A DNA stretch of 64,000 nucleotides from an uncultured Acidimicrobiales bacterium. Lineage in GTDB: Bacteria; Actinomycetota; Acidimicrobiia; Acidimicrobiales; SHLQ01. The translations under genes and the position numbers were made by a program. The notes beneath the pieces are model-generated. The model worked only from the letters and a program-made list of their open reading frames with translations, was not told the DNA's origin and searched no databases. The stretch spans positions 7,199-71,198 of the forward strand of contig CALKGG010000028.1 in the NCBI GenBank assembly GCA_938084885.1, read 5' to 3'. This document shows, piece by piece, positions 8,699-19,796 of this stretch (position 1 is its first letter; every line of letters begins with the position of its first letter).

Positions 8699-11600
8699 TG
8701 CCGAAACGCACAGACATTTCTTCGATCATGGTGATCGGCTCAGGCCCGATCGTCATTGGCCAGGCATGCGAGTTCGACTACTCGGGCACCCAAGCCTGTC
8801 GCATCCTTCGAGACGAGGGATATCGCATCATCTTGGCGAACTCGAACCCCGCCACGATCATGACCGACCCGGACTTCGCCGACGCCACCTACATCGAGCC
8901 GCTCGACGTGGCGGTCCTTGAGGCAATCATTGCCAAAGAGAACCCCGACGCGCTCCTGCCGACCCTCGGCGGTCAAACAGCGCTAAACCTGGCCATGGAG
9001 CTCGAAGAGGCCGGCATCTTGGCCACATACGACGTTGAACTCATCGGCGCCGACGCCGAGGCCATCGACACTGCCGAGAACCGTGATTCGTTCAAGAAGG
9101 CCATGATCGAAATCGGCCTCGATGTTCCAAAGTCGGGGATTGCCCACGACATGGAAACCGCCCGCACCATCGCCGGTGAACTCGGACTCCCCGTGATCAT
9201 CCGCCCCGCCTACATCCTCGGCGGCAAAGGAACCGGCATTGCCGAGACCGCCGAAGAGTTTGAACATGTCGCGTCGTCGGGCATCACGGCAAGCCCTATT
9301 GGCGAGATCCTCATCGAGGAGTCGATCAAGGGATGGAAAGAATACGAACTTGAGGTCATGCGAGACCACAAGGACAACCAAGTCGTTGTCTGTTCTATCG
9401 AGAACATCGACCCAATGGGTGTGCACACCGGCGACTCGATAACCGTTGCCCCAGCCCAGACGCTGAGCGATGTGGAGCTGCAACAAATGCGCGACGCCGC
9501 GTTTGCGGTGATGCGCCGGGTCGGCGTGGAAACCGGCGGTTCGAATGTCCAGTTCGCCGTCGACCCGGCGACCGGCCGTCAAGTCGTCATCGAGATGAAC
9601 CCCCGGGTGTCTCGCTCGTCGGCGTTGGCATCGAAGGCCACAGGCTTTCCAATCGCCAAGATCGCCGCCCGGTTGGCTGTTGGCTACACACTCGACGAGA
9701 TCCCGAACGACATCACCAAGCAGACCCCGGCCAGCTTTGAACCAACCATCGATTACGTCGTTACCAAAGTGCCACGGTGGGCCTTTGAGAAATTCCCCGG
9801 CACGTCGGGCATCCTCGGCACACAAATGCAATCTGTGGGCGAGGCCATGGCCATTGGACGGACATTCCCCGAGTCGTTGCAGAAGGGTTTGCGCAGCCTC
9901 GAACTCGGCCGCGATGGGCTCAACGGCGACTCCGCTGAGGTCGCACTCGACGCGCTCAGCATGGACGAACTTATGGTCCAGGCAAACACCCCAACGCCCG
10001 ATCGCATCTTCAAGCTTGAAGCCTTGCTGCGTCGCGGCAAGACGGTCGACGAGGTGCATGAACTGACCAAGGTCGACCCCTGGTTCCTCGACCAGATGCT
10101 GCGGATCACCGAAGAGCGTGAGGCACTCGAAGGCGAGTCGATCGCGTCGATGACCACACGGGGTTGGAAGCGGGCCAAACAACTCGGGTTCTCCGATGCA
10201 CAGCTTTCCTACCTGTGGTCGGTTCCCGTTTCCGAGGTGCGCACTGCACGCAAAGCCGCTGGAGTCGAGCCAACATACAAAACTGTCGACACCTGCGGTG
10301 CCGAGTTCGACGCCGAAACCCCCTATCACTACTCGACGTGGGAAGACACGACCGAGGTTCGTCCATCAGATCGCGAGAAGGTCATGATCCTTGGATCGGG
10401 CCCAAACCGGATCGGGCAGGGAATCGAGTTCGACTACTGCTGTGTGCATGCGAGTTTCGCGCTTTCCGATGCTGGTTATGAGACAATCATGGTCAACTGC
10501 AACCCCGAGACCGTCTCGACCGACTACGACACAAGCGACCGGCTCTACTTCGAACCGCTCACGCTCGAAGACGTACACAACATCATCGAGGCCGAAAAGC
10601 CCATGGGAATCGTTGTGTCGCTCGGGGGCCAGACGCCGCTAAAGCTGGCGAACGATCTTCCAGCCGAACTCGTTGTTGGCACGTCGCCAAAATCCATCGA
10701 CCTCGCCGAGGACCGCGAACAATGGAACGCCCTGTGCGAACGGCTGGCCATCCCACAACCTCCCGGCGGCACCGCAACCACGACCGAACAAGCGCTCGAG
10801 ATCATCTCGGGTATTGGCTATCCCGCACTCGTGCGGCCGTCATATGTGCTCGGCGGTCGGGCGATGGAAATCGTCTATGACGACGCGGGCCTGCGCTCGG
10901 CAATGGACCAGCTCGCAACGTTTGGTTCGCTCGGACGCGAGGGGGGCCTGTCGGCCGAACGCCCCGTGCTCATCGATCGATTCCTCGAAGACGCAATAGA
11001 AGTCGACGTCGACGCCATCCGTGATAGCTCAGGCAATTCGATGATCGGCGCCGTCATGGAACACGTCGAAGAAGCCGGCGTGCACTCCGGAGACAGCGCC
11101 TGTGTCATCCCCCCACCAACGCTTTCCGCCGCCGTCATTGCAACGCTTGAGCAACATGCGATCACGATTGCGAACGAGCTCGAAGTTGTTGGTCTAATCA
11201 ACGTGCAATTCGCCGTCAAGGACGAGCAGGTCTATGTCATCGAGGCAAACCCTCGGGCATCACGCACCGTGCCATTTGTCGCCAAGGCAACCGGAGTTCC
11301 GCTCGCCAAGATCGCAGCTCGAGTCATGCTTGGCGCCACGCTCGACGAGCTACGCACCGAAGGCCTCGTCAGAGAACCAATCACTGGACATGTGTCGGTA
11401 AAGGAAGCCGTGCTGCCCTTCAACCGGTTCCCCGACGCCGACCCGTTGCTCGGCCCCGAGATGCGGTCGACCGGCGAGGTCATGGGCATCGACTCGACGA
11501 CCGGACGTGCCTTCACCAAGAGCCAAATGGCAGCTGGCGGCACGCTTCCAGAGTCGGGAACGGTCTTTTTCTCACTCGCCGACCGAGACAAGGCCGTGGG

Positions 11601-11988
11601 AACAGAGGCTGCAAAACAGTTCGTCGAGCTGGGGTTCAGCATCGTTGCCACGCCCGGCACCGCAGACGTGTTCGAAGCCGCTGGTGTCAGCGTGCAACAA
11701 CGGCTAAGCAAGCTCACCAACACGACCCAAACAGCACCGCCCGAAGGGCGAACAGCAGTCGACCTCATCGAAGCTGGCGAAATCGTGCTCGTCGTCAACA
11801 GCCCGGCCGGACGTGGCCCACGAGCCGACGGCGCATACATCCGGGCCGCTGCCGGCGCCCACAGCATCCCACTGCTCACCACCGGGTCTGCAGCGCGTGC
11901 AGCAGCCCGAGGCATGGCCGACTGGCTCGAGTCGCCGTTGAGCGTGAAATCATTGCAGGAGTACCACGCCAGCGGGGCATCCAGCTAA
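8698..11988 (+). CDS. carB: Carbamoyl-phosphate synthase large subunit
   Basis: MPKRTDI...[17 protein letters not shown]; duplicated ATP-grasp domains; C-terminal MGS domain. Confidence 0.98.
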   Translation: MPKRTDISSIMVIGSGPIVIGQACEFDYSGTQACRILRDEGYRIILANSNPATIMTDPDFADATYIEPLDVAVLEAIIAKENPDALLPTLGGQTALNLAMELEEAGILATYDVELIGADAEAIDTAENRDSFKKAMIEIGLDVPKSGIAHDMETARTIAGELGLPVIIRPAYILGGKGTGIAETAEEFEHVASSGITASPIGEILIEESIKGWKEYELEVMRDHKDNQVVVCSIENIDPMGVHTGDSITVAPAQTLSDVELQQMRDAAFAVMRRVGVETGGSNVQFAVDPATGRQVVIEMNPRVSRSSALASKATGFPIAKIAARLAVGYTLDEIPNDITKQTPASFEPTIDYVVTKVPRWAFEKFPGTSGILGTQMQSVGEAMAIGRTFPESLQKGLRSLELGRDGLNGDSAEVALDALSMDELMVQANTPTPDRIFKLEALLRRGKTVDEVHELTKVDPWFLDQMLRITEEREALEGESIASMTTRGWKRAKQLGFSDAQLSYLWSVPVSEVRTARKAAGVEPTYKTVDTCGAEFDAETPYHYSTWEDTTEVRPSDREKVMILGSGPNRIGQGIEFDYCCVHASFALSDAGYETIMVNCNPETVSTDYDTSDRLYFEPLTLEDVHNIIEAEKPMGIVVSLGGQTPLKLANDLPAELVVGTSPKSIDLAEDREQWNALCERLAIPQPPGGTATTTEQALEIISGIGYPALVRPSYVLGGRAMEIVYDDAGLRSAMDQLATFGSLGREGGLSAERPVLIDRFLEDAIEVDVDAIRDSSGNSMIGAVMEHVEEAGVHSGDSACVIPPPTLSAAVIATLEQHAITIANELEVVGLINVQFAVKDEQVYVIEANPRASRTVPFVAKATGVPLAKIAARVMLGATLDELRTEGLVREPITGHVSVKEAVLPFNRFPDADPLLGPEMRSTGEVMGIDSTTGRAFTKSQMAAGGTLPESGTVFFSLADRDKAVGTEAAKQFVELGFSIVATPGTADVFEAAGVSVQQRLSKLTNTTQTAPPEGRTAVDLIEAGEIVLVVNSPAGRGPRADGAYIRAAAGAHSIPLLTTGSAARAAARGMADWLESPLSVKSLQEYHASGASS

Positions 11989-12905
11989 TGGTCGACATGT
12001 CGACACGGGTCGGGAACGTGCTGCTTCCAAACCCCGTCATGACCGCGTCTGGCACCGCAGGCCACGGCAGCGAGCTCGGCCGGTATGTGCCCCTCGATTC
12101 GCTCGGGGCGCTCGTAGTCAAGTCGTTGTCGATCATGGAATGGGAAGGCAATCCTGGACCTCGCGTCGTCCAGCTTCCGGGCGCCATGATGAATAGTGTC
12201 GGGCTTCAAGGGCCGGGCGTTGCCGGATGGATTGCCGATGAGCTGCCCGCACTGCGAGCGTCGGGGGCGCGAATCGTCGCCAGCATCTGGGGTCGCACGG
12301 TCGAGGAATACCGTCAGGCCGCCGAAGCGCTGGTTCCCGTCCAAGACGACCTGATCGCCGTCGAGATCAACGTGTCATGTCCCAACATCGAAGACCGGCG
12401 CAAGATGTTCGCCCATAGTTGCGAGAGCGCAGCGACGGTTATTTTGGCAACGAACGCACTCGACGTTCCGCGTTGGGCAAAGCTCAGCCCGAATGTCTCC
12501 GATATTGCCGAGATCGCCGGTGCTGCTGGCGAGGCCGGAGCCGCCGCGGTAACACTCACGAATACGCTGCTGGGGCTCGTACTCGACCCAGCGACTGGTC
12601 AGCCCGTGCTCGGCGGGGGAGGCGGCGGGGTCTCCGGGCCGGCAATGCGTCCGGTTGCACTTCGCGCCGTATTCGATGTGGCAGCGGCCTATCCAGAGCT
12701 TCCAATCGTTGGGGTTGGGGGTATCGCAGACGCCGAAGATGCCGTGCAGTACCTTCGAGCCGGAGCGAGTGCGGTACAGGTCGGAACAGCGACGTTTGCT
12801 GATCCCCGATCCACCGCACGAGTCACCAAAGCACTCGAGACATGGTGCAACAAGGCCAGGGTTCCTCGCGTTGCCGATCTGATCGGTACCGCGCACTCCC
12901 GCTGA
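11988..12905 (+). CDS. pyrD: Dihydroorotate dehydrogenase, family 1 catalytic subunit
   Basis: NPVMTASGT, NSVGLQGPG, EINVSCPN, KLSPNV and GVGGI motifs. Confidence 0.93.
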   Translation: MVDMSTRVGNVLLPNPVMTASGTAGHGSELGRYVPLDSLGALVVKSLSIMEWEGNPGPRVVQLPGAMMNSVGLQGPGVAGWIADELPALRASGARIVASIWGRTVEEYRQAAEALVPVQDDLIAVEINVSCPNIEDRRKMFAHSCESAATVILATNALDVPRWAKLSPNVSDIAEIAGAAGEAGAAAVTLTNTLLGLVLDPATGQPVLGGGGGGVSGPAMRPVALRAVFDVAAAYPELPIVGVGGIADAEDAVQYLRAGASAVQVGTATFADPRSTARVTKALETWCNKARVPRVADLIGTAHSR

Positions 12906-12956
12906 CTTCGATCGCCACAACCGCAACATCTGAGAATCACAGAGGATCACATCATC

Positions 12957-13661
12957 ATGGAAAGCATGGACACCGTAGACATCGAACTTCGCAGCAAGTT
13001 GTGTGTCGCCCTCGACGTCGACGACATGGTCGAAGCAGTCCGCATCGCACGCGAATTATCGCCGTGGTTCGGCGTTGCCAAAGTTGGGCTCGAACTGTTC
13101 ACCGCCGCAGGAACCGACGCCATTGGCATCCTGACCGGCCTCGGATACGACGTCTTCCTCGACCTCAAGATGTACGACATTCCAACAACGGTCGAGAAGG
13201 CCTCTCGTGTGCTTGGTGCACTCGGCGTTACGTATGCGACCTACCACGCGCAAGGCGGAATGGACGTGCTTGCGGCCGGTGCGAACGGTCTGCGCCAAGG
13301 TGCAGCCGACGCTGGTCTCGATGAGCCCGTTCCACTGGCCATCACTGTGCTCACGTCCGATGCGAACGCTCCCGAACACATCATGCCCGCACGTGTCCGC
13401 CTCGCCGTCGAAGCAGGCATGGGCGGTTTGGTGTGTGGACCAAACGATGTCAAGGAAGCAAAGCAGTACGCGCCTCGGCTGTTCGGTGTCACCCCGGGTA
13501 TTCGCCCCGAGGGCGCCGATCACCACGACCAAGTTCGTGTGGCGACGCCAAAGGCCGCACTCGACAACGGATCGGACCTTCTCGTCATTGGCCGCGCCGT
13601 CACCCTTGCCGAAGATCGTGCAGCTGCAGCGGAAGCAATCGTCAACAGCTGTTTAAGCTAG
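12957..13661 (+). CDS. pyrF: Orotidine-5'-phosphate decarboxylase
   Basis: VALD, FLDLKMYDIPTTV, TPGIRP and VIGRAV motifs. Confidence 0.96.
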   Translation: MESMDTVDIELRSKLCVALDVDDMVEAVRIARELSPWFGVAKVGLELFTAAGTDAIGILTGLGYDVFLDLKMYDIPTTVEKASRVLGALGVTYATYHAQGGMDVLAAGANGLRQGAADAGLDEPVPLAITVLTSDANAPEHIMPARVRLAVEAGMGGLVCGPNDVKEAKQYAPRLFGVTPGIRPEGADHHDQVRVATPKAALDNGSDLLVIGRAVTLAEDRAAAAEAIVNSCLS

Positions 13662-13665
13662 GACC

Positions 13666-13977
13666 ATGTTCGATAGTGCTGCATACGACGACCTGTTCGC
13701 TTCGATCGACGAGGTGAAAGCGCACCGTGCGGCCTTCGTCAGCGAACTCAAAACCGGTTCGGTGGTGCTCGCCGAGGTGTTCGCGAGGGCGAGCGTCGAT
13801 CCGGTGCTTTCGGCAATGAAGGTGCTTCCCGCTATCGAAGCGCTACCCGAGACAGGCAAAGTGTCGACTCGACGGGCCTTTGGCGAGCTCGGCATCGACG
13901 AAGCAGCCCTCATTTCGGACGTGCCAGCCACGGCCATCGATGCCTTACCAAGCGCAATTGTGCGGCACGCGCTGTAA
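13666..13977 (+). CDS. mihF: Actinobacterial integration host factor (mIHF-like, H2TH)
   Basis: RAAFVSELKTG...MKV...EALPETGKV pattern; conserved position between pyrF and gmk. Confidence 0.7.
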   Translation: MFDSAAYDDLFASIDEVKAHRAAFVSELKTGSVVLAEVFARASVDPVLSAMKVLPAIEALPETGKVSTRRAFGELGIDEAALISDVPATAIDALPSAIVRHAL

Positions 13978-14531
13978 TGGCTGGTCACATCATCGTCGTT
14001 TCCGGTCCAGGTGGGGTTGGCAAAGGCACGGTCGTCTCTCAACTGCTCCTCGACAACGCCGAGCTCGCGGTTTCGCGATCGTGGACAACCCGAGATCAGC
14101 GCCCCGGCGAAGCCGATGATGCCTACACGTTCGTGTCCGAGGACGCCTTCGAGTCAGCGATTGATGCCGGCGAGTTTCTCGAGTGGGACCACCATTTCGG
14201 GAACTATTACGGGTCGCCGGTTCCTGCCGCTAACGATGCACGCGACCTCATCTTGGAGATCGACGTCAACGGTGCTCGCCAGATTCACGAAAACGGCCAC
14301 GCCGCCCTCTACATCTTCATCGACACACCGTCGCTCGAGATCCAACGAGAACGGCTTTCGGGCCGCGGCGACCCACCCGAGAAGGTCGACGAACGTATGG
14401 CTGGGGGAGCCGTCGAGCGAGAACTTGCGTCAGAACTTCCCTATGTGCACGTTGCGAACGATGACGTTGCCCGTTGTGCCGCCGAAATTGCCTCGATCAT
14501 TGCTGACTACCGTGACTCACGTTCAGTCTGA
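13977..14531 (+). CDS. gmk: Guanylate kinase
   Basis: SGPGGVGKGT P-loop, TTRDQRPGE, GNYYGS and LEIDVNGA motifs. Confidence 0.95.
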   Translation: MAGHIIVVSGPGGVGKGTVVSQLLLDNAELAVSRSWTTRDQRPGEADDAYTFVSEDAFESAIDAGEFLEWDHHFGNYYGSPVPAANDARDLILEIDVNGARQIHENGHAALYIFIDTPSLEIQRERLSGRGDPPEKVDERMAGGAVERELASELPYVHVANDDVARCAAEIASIIADYRDSRSV

Positions 14532-14600
14532 ACGCTGGTATCCTCAGCTGCGCTAGTGCTGTTCGTTTGACAGTGCCCGTTACCCCTTCAGGAGTCAGCC

Positions 14601-14927
14601 ATGAGTGACAACGCATCGATGATCGAGCCACAGGTCGAAACACTGCTCGACGCGGCCGGATCAAAGTTTCGCCTCGTGACCCTCGGAGCCCGTCGCGCTC
14701 GCCAGATCAACGCCTATTTCGGACAGCTCGGTGAAGGTCTTGGTTCGAGCGTTCCACCGCAGGTGACCTCGACTGCGCGCAAGCCGCTGTCGATCGCCTT
14801 CGAAGAGATCGCAGCCGAAAAGATTGTTCCTGTCGAACGCGATTTCGAAGCCGAAGCGCTCGCCGAAGCTCAAGCAAAGGCCGACGCCGAGGCCCTCGCA
14901 GCAGAACTCGCTAAGCAAAGCGACTGA
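14601..14927 (+). CDS. rpoZ: RNA polymerase omega subunit
   Basis: SKFRLVTLGARRARQIN...KPLSIAFEEI; AGGAG SD. Confidence 0.95.
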   Translation: MSDNASMIEPQVETLLDAAGSKFRLVTLGARRARQINAYFGQLGEGLGSSVPPQVTSTARKPLSIAFEEIAAEKIVPVERDFEAEALAEAQAKADAEALAAELAKQSD

Positions 14928-14935
14928 TCCGTTCC

Positions 14936-16135
14936 GTGGCCGCGCTTGATGGTGCCCGGGTAGTCCTCGGCGTCACGGGCGGGATCGCGGCCTACAAGGC
15001 CGTCGAGGTCAGCCGTCGACTCGTCGACGCTGGAGCACACGTCATTCCGGTACTGACCGAGGGTGCCGAGCATTTCGTTGGACGCACGACCTTTGATGCG
15101 CTCGCATCAGAAAAAGTGCAGACGAGCCTGTGGGATGAGCAGAGTCCAATTCCGCACACGTTGCTCGGTCAAAGCGCCGACCTGATTGTGGTGGCACCAG
15201 CCACCGCCAGGCTGCTGTCGGACTACCGAACCGGACGATCGGCCGACCTGCTCACCACGACGCTCATCGCAACGGCCGCACCGGTCCTTCTCGCACCGGC
15301 AATGCACACCGAAATGTGGGAGCATCCCGCCGTGCAAGAGAACCTCGATGTTCTTGCGAGCCGTGGTGTGCACATCGTGCCCGCCGAACCGGGCCGCCTC
15401 GCCGGTGGCGACATTGGCTTTGGACGCCTCGCAGCTCCGCGAACAATCGTGGCCCACGCCGAACGGGTGCTCGCCGGAGGAGACTTATTGGATCGTCACG
15501 TCGTCGTCACTGCCGGTGGCACGTCCGAACCCATCGACGCTGTTCGCGTGATCTCGAACCGGTCGACGGGCAAGCAGGGCTATGCCCTGGCCGAAGCGGC
15601 CTGGGCTCGTGGCGCCAACGTCACGCTCATCAGCACCGTCGACCGTGAAGCGCCGGTCGGCGTTACTGTGGTGCCGGTCGAAACAGCCGCCGACATGCAG
15701 CGGGCGGTCATGGCCGTCGACGACGCCGACGTCATCATCATGGCCGCGGCCGTGGCCGACTTCAGGCCGAAGGACCCGGCTGCGGTGAAGATCAAGAAGG
15801 ACGGCGATGCCGTGCCCGAGATCGAGCTCGAAAAGACCCACGATTTCCTTGTCGACTTGGGCAACAACAAGCCAACTGGGCAGGTGCTCGTTGGGTTCGC
15901 AGCCGAGACCGACAACCTCATCGACAACGCAAAAGGCAAGCTCGCTCGCAAAAAGCTCGACCTGATCGTCGCAAATGATGTCTCGGCCCCCGACGTCGGC
16001 TTTGCTCACGACACAAACCAAGTGACGATCCTGATTAGCGATGGCAGTCAAATTGAGGTACCACTGAACTCGAAACGGGTGATCGCTGACGCGATCTTCG
16101 ATGCTGTCGTCCGGGTTCAAACAACCCTCCCGTAA
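14936..16135 (+). CDS. coaBC: Bifunctional phosphopantothenoylcysteine decarboxylase/synthase
   Basis: GGIAAYK, APAMHTEM, VTAGGT.EPIDAVR.ISNRSTGKQG and VGFAAET motifs. Confidence 0.96.
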   Translation: MAALDGARVVLGVTGGIAAYKAVEVSRRLVDAGAHVIPVLTEGAEHFVGRTTFDALASEKVQTSLWDEQSPIPHTLLGQSADLIVVAPATARLLSDYRTGRSADLLTTTLIATAAPVLLAPAMHTEMWEHPAVQENLDVLASRGVHIVPAEPGRLAGGDIGFGRLAAPRTIVAHAERVLAGGDLLDRHVVVTAGGTSEPIDAVRVISNRSTGKQGYALAEAAWARGANVTLISTVDREAPVGVTVVPVETAADMQRAVMAVDDADVIIMAAAVADFRPKDPAAVKIKKDGDAVPEIELEKTHDFLVDLGNNKPTGQVLVGFAAETDNLIDNAKGKLARKKLDLIVANDVSAPDVGFAHDTNQVTILISDGSQIEVPLNSKRVIADAIFDAVVRVQTTLP

Positions 16136-16162
16136 TCGATATATGACAACGGTGCGTCCCTC

Positions 16163-16168
16163 TAGAAT
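16163..16168 (+). promoter_or_regulatory. Putative -10 element (TAGAAT) of metK, centred in an inverted repeat
   Basis: CCCTC-TAGAAT-GAGGG at 16158-16173. Confidence 0.5.
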
Positions 16169-16211
16169 GAGGGCCGCGCTTGCAGCAACGATCAGCCAGA
16201 AAAGGTAACCC

Positions 16212-17408
16212 GTGCCAGAGAACTTCAGCTTTACGTCCGAGTCGGTGACCGAAGGTCATCCCGACAAGATGTCGGATCAGATTTCCGACGCCATCCTCGA
16301 TGCGTTTCTCGAGCAGGATCCGCTCGCGCGTGTTGCCTGCGAGACGCTAGTGACCACTGGCCTTGCAATGGTCGCGGGCGAGATTACGACAAGCGGCGAT
16401 TATGTCGACATTCCGTCTATTGTTCGCAAGACCATCAACGGCATTGGATATGACCGCGAGTCGTTCGGTTTTGATGGCAATACCTGCGGCGTGATGGTTG
16501 CGATCGATGAACAGTCTGTCGACATTGCTCAAGGCGTTGACGATTCCGAAGAAACTCGTGGCGGCAGCGCCGAGGACGACCTCGACAAGCAGGGCGCTGG
16601 CGACCAGGGCATGATGTTTGGTTACGCAAGTGACGAGACCGATGTCCTCATGCCAATGCCCATTCACGTCGCGCATCGCATGGCCGAGCAACTCGCTGCG
16701 GTCCGCAAGAGCGGCAAGGTGCCCTACCTTCGCCCCGATGGCAAGACGCAGGTGACCTTCGAGTACGAGAACAACGTTCCCGTTCGCCTGAGCACCGTGT
16801 TGGTGTCAACCCAGCACAACGACGGCATCGACCGTGATTCGATGATCCGGCCTGACCTCATCGAGAACGTGATCAAGCCTGTGATCCCCGAGCAGTTTCG
16901 GGACGACGACTACGAGGTGCACGTCAACCCGACCGGTCGTTTCGTGATCGGTGGACCCGTTGGCGATGCTGGCCTTACCGGCCGCAAGATCATCGTCGAC
17001 ACCTACGGCGGCATGGGTCGTCACGGTGGCGGTGCGTTCTCGGGCAAGGATCCTTCGAAGGTCGACCGTTCCGCTGCGTACGCCACCCGTTGGGTTGCAA
17101 AGAACGTGGTTGCATCGGGTGCGGCAAAGCGGTGTGAGGTGCAGGTTGCGTATGCGATCGGCATGGCTCGCCCAATGTCGGTGCTCGTCGAAACGTTCGG
17201 TACTGAAACTGTCGATCCAGCCGCGATTGCTGATGCGGTCAACGAGGTGTTCGACCTGCGTCCTGGGGCAATTCTTCGGGACCTCGATCTGCGTCGTCCC
17301 GTTTACGGGCCAACAGCGGCATACGGTCACTTCGGCCGCAGCGGCGACGGCTTCACCTGGGAAAACACCGACCGCGCCGCCGACCTCAAGTCCGCCCTAG
17401 GCCTCTAA
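16212..17408 (+). CDS. metK: S-adenosylmethionine synthetase
   Basis: [19 protein letters not shown] and [16 protein letters not shown] motifs. Confidence 0.98.
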   Translation: MPENFSFTSESVTEGHPDKMSDQISDAILDAFLEQDPLARVACETLVTTGLAMVAGEITTSGDYVDIPSIVRKTINGIGYDRESFGFDGNTCGVMVAIDEQSVDIAQGVDDSEETRGGSAEDDLDKQGAGDQGMMFGYASDETDVLMPMPIHVAHRMAEQLAAVRKSGKVPYLRPDGKTQVTFEYENNVPVRLSTVLVSTQHNDGIDRDSMIRPDLIENVIKPVIPEQFRDDDYEVHVNPTGRFVIGGPVGDAGLTGRKIIVDTYGGMGRHGGGAFSGKDPSKVDRSAAYATRWVAKNVVASGAAKRCEVQVAYAIGMARPMSVLVETFGTETVDPAAIADAVNEVFDLRPGAILRDLDLRRPVYGPTAAYGHFGRSGDGFTWENTDRAADLKSALGL

Positions 17409-17446
17409 TCCCTACGGTGGCGCCTCATGCCCCACCGCGATCCACC

Positions 17447-17635
17447 GATTTGGGGTCAGACCCCAAATCCACCGGTAGCAGCCCAGATCGTCAACTTTGA
17501 ACCCTTTTGGGGTCAGACCCCAAATCCACCGGTAGCAGCCCAGATCGTTGACGTTGCTGCCGCGAAGTGAGGGTTTCGGCGAGGAAACTCTGGCTTACCG
17601 GCACATTTGGGGTCTGACCCCAAATCTACCGGTAG
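17447..17635. repeat. Cluster of three REP-like palindromes TTTGGGGTCWGACCCCAAA; copies 1 and 2 lie in a 43-bp exact direct repeat
   Basis: Palindromes at 17447-69, 17506-24 and 17605-25; identical 43-mers at 17449-91 and 17506-48; each palindrome is followed by TCYACCGGTAGC. Confidence 0.9.
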
Positions 17636-17686
17636 CGGGTGGTGGCCAGATTCTTGACTGTCGGGGATGGCCGCTAGGTTCTTGCC

Positions 17687-19480
17687 GTGACCGAACGGCT
17701 TCCTGGGTTTGAAACTGCGGGTGGAGCGCAGTTTTCGCGCCCGGAAGGCCGGTTGGTTTCGGTGCAACCCGACATCACCTCGGTCTCCCGTTCGTTCACC
17801 TACGAGATTCCCAAAGCGTGGGAAGACGATGGCCGCGCCGACCAGGTCGCCGTTGGCTCGATGGTACGCGTTGACTTCAGCGGCCGTCGTACCGCTGGCT
17901 GGGTGACCGCAGTCGATGTTCCACACGACCCCTCGGTCGAGGTTCGTTCGCTGTCGAAGTGGTCGAGCGTTGGACCGCCAGCGCACGTCATCGACCTTGC
18001 GGAGTGGGCGGCGTGGCGATGGGCGGGGCGCCTCGCTCACTTCTTGCGGGCAGCGTCGCCTCCGAAAATGGTCCCGATGGTGCGCCACGCACCTCCACCG
18101 GCCGACGTCGACGTTGAAGAGGCGTACCGGTCAACATTTATTGAGGGCGTCACCACTGTTCGGACAAACCCCACCGACACCGGACTAGGGCTCGCACTGG
18201 CGGCAACGGCGAAGGGGCGAGCACTCATTCTGGTCCCGACGATTTCATGGCGACGCCGCCTTGCTCGCCAACTGCGAGATGCCGGAGTCGGAGTCGCCGA
18301 ATACGACGACCAATGGGAACGCTCGGCATCTGGCGCAGTCACGATCGGCACTCGAATCGCCGCGTTCTCTCCAATGCCAGAGCTCGACGCGGTGCTCGTG
18401 CTCGACGAGCACGACTCGGCCTACAAGTCTGAACGCACACCGAGTTGGAACGGCCGGGATGTTGCGGTCGAACGAGCACGCCGCTCCGGGGCGCCCTGCG
18501 TACTGGCATCGCCGTCGCCGTCGCTCGAGGGGCTTCGTGCGGGAAATCGTTCGCTGGTGCCCGGTAAAGCCGCATCACGGGCAGCCTGGCCACACGTCAA
18601 GGTCATCAACCTTCGCATGCAGGACACGCCGGGACTGCTCACCGAGTCGATCGTCGACGTCATCAGGAGCCCAGGGCCGATTGCATGCGTCCTCAATCGC
18701 AAGGGACGAGCGCGCATGCTCGCCTGTGCCTATTGCGGGGCGCTCGCTGCCTGTGAAACGTGCGGTGGCTCGTTGGCTGAGACCGACGCGGGTGGCCTAA
18801 TCTGTCGCCGAGATAGCACCACGCGGCCCAAGGTGTGTAGTGAGTGCAACGGGACCCACATGAAACACCTTCGTCCCGGCATCTCTCGACTTGCCGAGGA
18901 CCTGGCAGTGTTGGCCAAGCGTGAGGTCACCGAAGTATCCGCCGATAGCGCTGGAGTCGATCTCTCGAGCAACGGCCTGTACATCGGGACCGAGGCCATC
19001 CTTCATCGCATGGACAAGGCCCGCGCAGTCGTCTTTCTCGATTTCGATCAAGAACTCGCAATGCCCCGATATCGAGCCGCAGAAGACGCCTTTGCGCTGT
19101 TGGCGCTCGCTGCCCGGCTGACCGGCCCGCGGGCCAATGGCGGCGAAATCTACATTCAGACTCGCCGACCCGACGATGTCGTGGTTCAGGCGGCGGCCCA
19201 AGGCGACCCTGGCAGCGTCGCCACGGCACAACGAGACGTCCGTCAGGTGTTTCAGCAGCCACCGTACGGCGCATGGGCGCTCGTGTCTGGTCCTGGCGCC
19301 CCGGAGTTCATCGACGACGCGCAGACGCGCTCGGGCGTCGACAGCGGTGTGCAGTTCCGCCGTCAAGACGATCGTTGGCGTGTCAGTGCGGCGACCCATG
19401 ATGTTTTACTCGATGTGCTGAACGCCACCATTCGTCCCGCCGAGCGGATTCGGATCGAGGTCGACCCGCTCGACATCTAG
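17687..19480 (+). CDS. priA: Primosomal protein N' (actinobacterial type with degenerate helicase motifs)
   Basis: FTYEIP..GSMVRVDF N-domain, LDEHD, LNRKG, Cys clusters, IQTR motif; synteny after metK; TAGGTT 6 nt before GTG. Confidence 0.88.
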   Translation: MTERLPGFETAGGAQFSRPEGRLVSVQPDITSVSRSFTYEIPKAWEDDGRADQVAVGSMVRVDFSGRRTAGWVTAVDVPHDPSVEVRSLSKWSSVGPPAHVIDLAEWAAWRWAGRLAHFLRAASPPKMVPMVRHAPPPADVDVEEAYRSTFIEGVTTVRTNPTDTGLGLALAATAKGRALILVPTISWRRRLARQLRDAGVGVAEYDDQWERSASGAVTIGTRIAAFSPMPELDAVLVLDEHDSAYKSERTPSWNGRDVAVERARRSGAPCVLASPSPSLEGLRAGNRSLVPGKAASRAAWPHVKVINLRMQDTPGLLTESIVDVIRSPGPIACVLNRKGRARMLACAYCGALAACETCGGSLAETDAGGLICRRDSTTRPKVCSECNGTHMKHLRPGISRLAEDLAVLAKREVTEVSADSAGVDLSSNGLYIGTEAILHRMDKARAVVFLDFDQELAMPRYRAAEDAFALLALAARLTGPRANGGEIYIQTRRPDDVVVQAAAQGDPGSVATAQRDVRQVFQQPPYGAWALVSGPGAPEFIDDAQTRSGVDSGVQFRRQDDRWRVSAATHDVLLDVLNATIRPAERIRIEVDPLDI

Positions 19481-19493
19481 AAAATTTGGTGCG

Positions 19494-19733
19494 CTAGTCA
19501 GAAGCGGATTCGCCCTTGTCGCGAAAGCGAACCATCAACTGCGGGATTGCGACAGTAAAGACGCAGAAGAGTCCGACAACGATCACGATGATCAACAACG
19601 GCGCCAGATCGGGAAATAGAAGGTTCAAGACAACGAGCGATGCGCCGTATGGCAGGACCGACGTCGCGAACCATTTCCACGCTGGCTGCGATGATTGCGC
19701 ACGGATAGATTTGGGGATCTCCTTCGGGGCCAT
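19494..19733 (-). CDS. Small two-TM membrane protein, unknown function
   Basis: 79-aa ORF with two hydrophobic segments; CATACT 7 nt before ATG 19733. Confidence 0.6.
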   Translation of the reverse strand: MAPKEIPKSIRAQSSQPAWKWFATSVLPYGASLVVLNLLFPDLAPLLIIVIVVGLFCVFTVAIPQLMVRFRDKGESASD

Positions 19734-19796
19734 GGCTTCCAGTATGGCAAAGAGCCGCAGTTGCACCCATGGGAGCAGCGGACGATAGCGCCCGAG

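Noticed and set aside
16136-16211. SAM riboswitch upstream of metK
   Set aside because: Too short, and lacks SAM-I/IV, SAM-II/V or SAM-SAH consensus elements that I can recognise.
17449-17635. CRISPR array
   Set aside because: Only three units, irregular spacing (57 and 100 bp), a 14-bp first gap and no cas genes; fits REP-like repeats better.
17687-19480. priA pseudogene because the Walker A motif is missing
   Set aside because: The frame is intact, and degenerate helicase motifs are usual in actinobacterial PriA.
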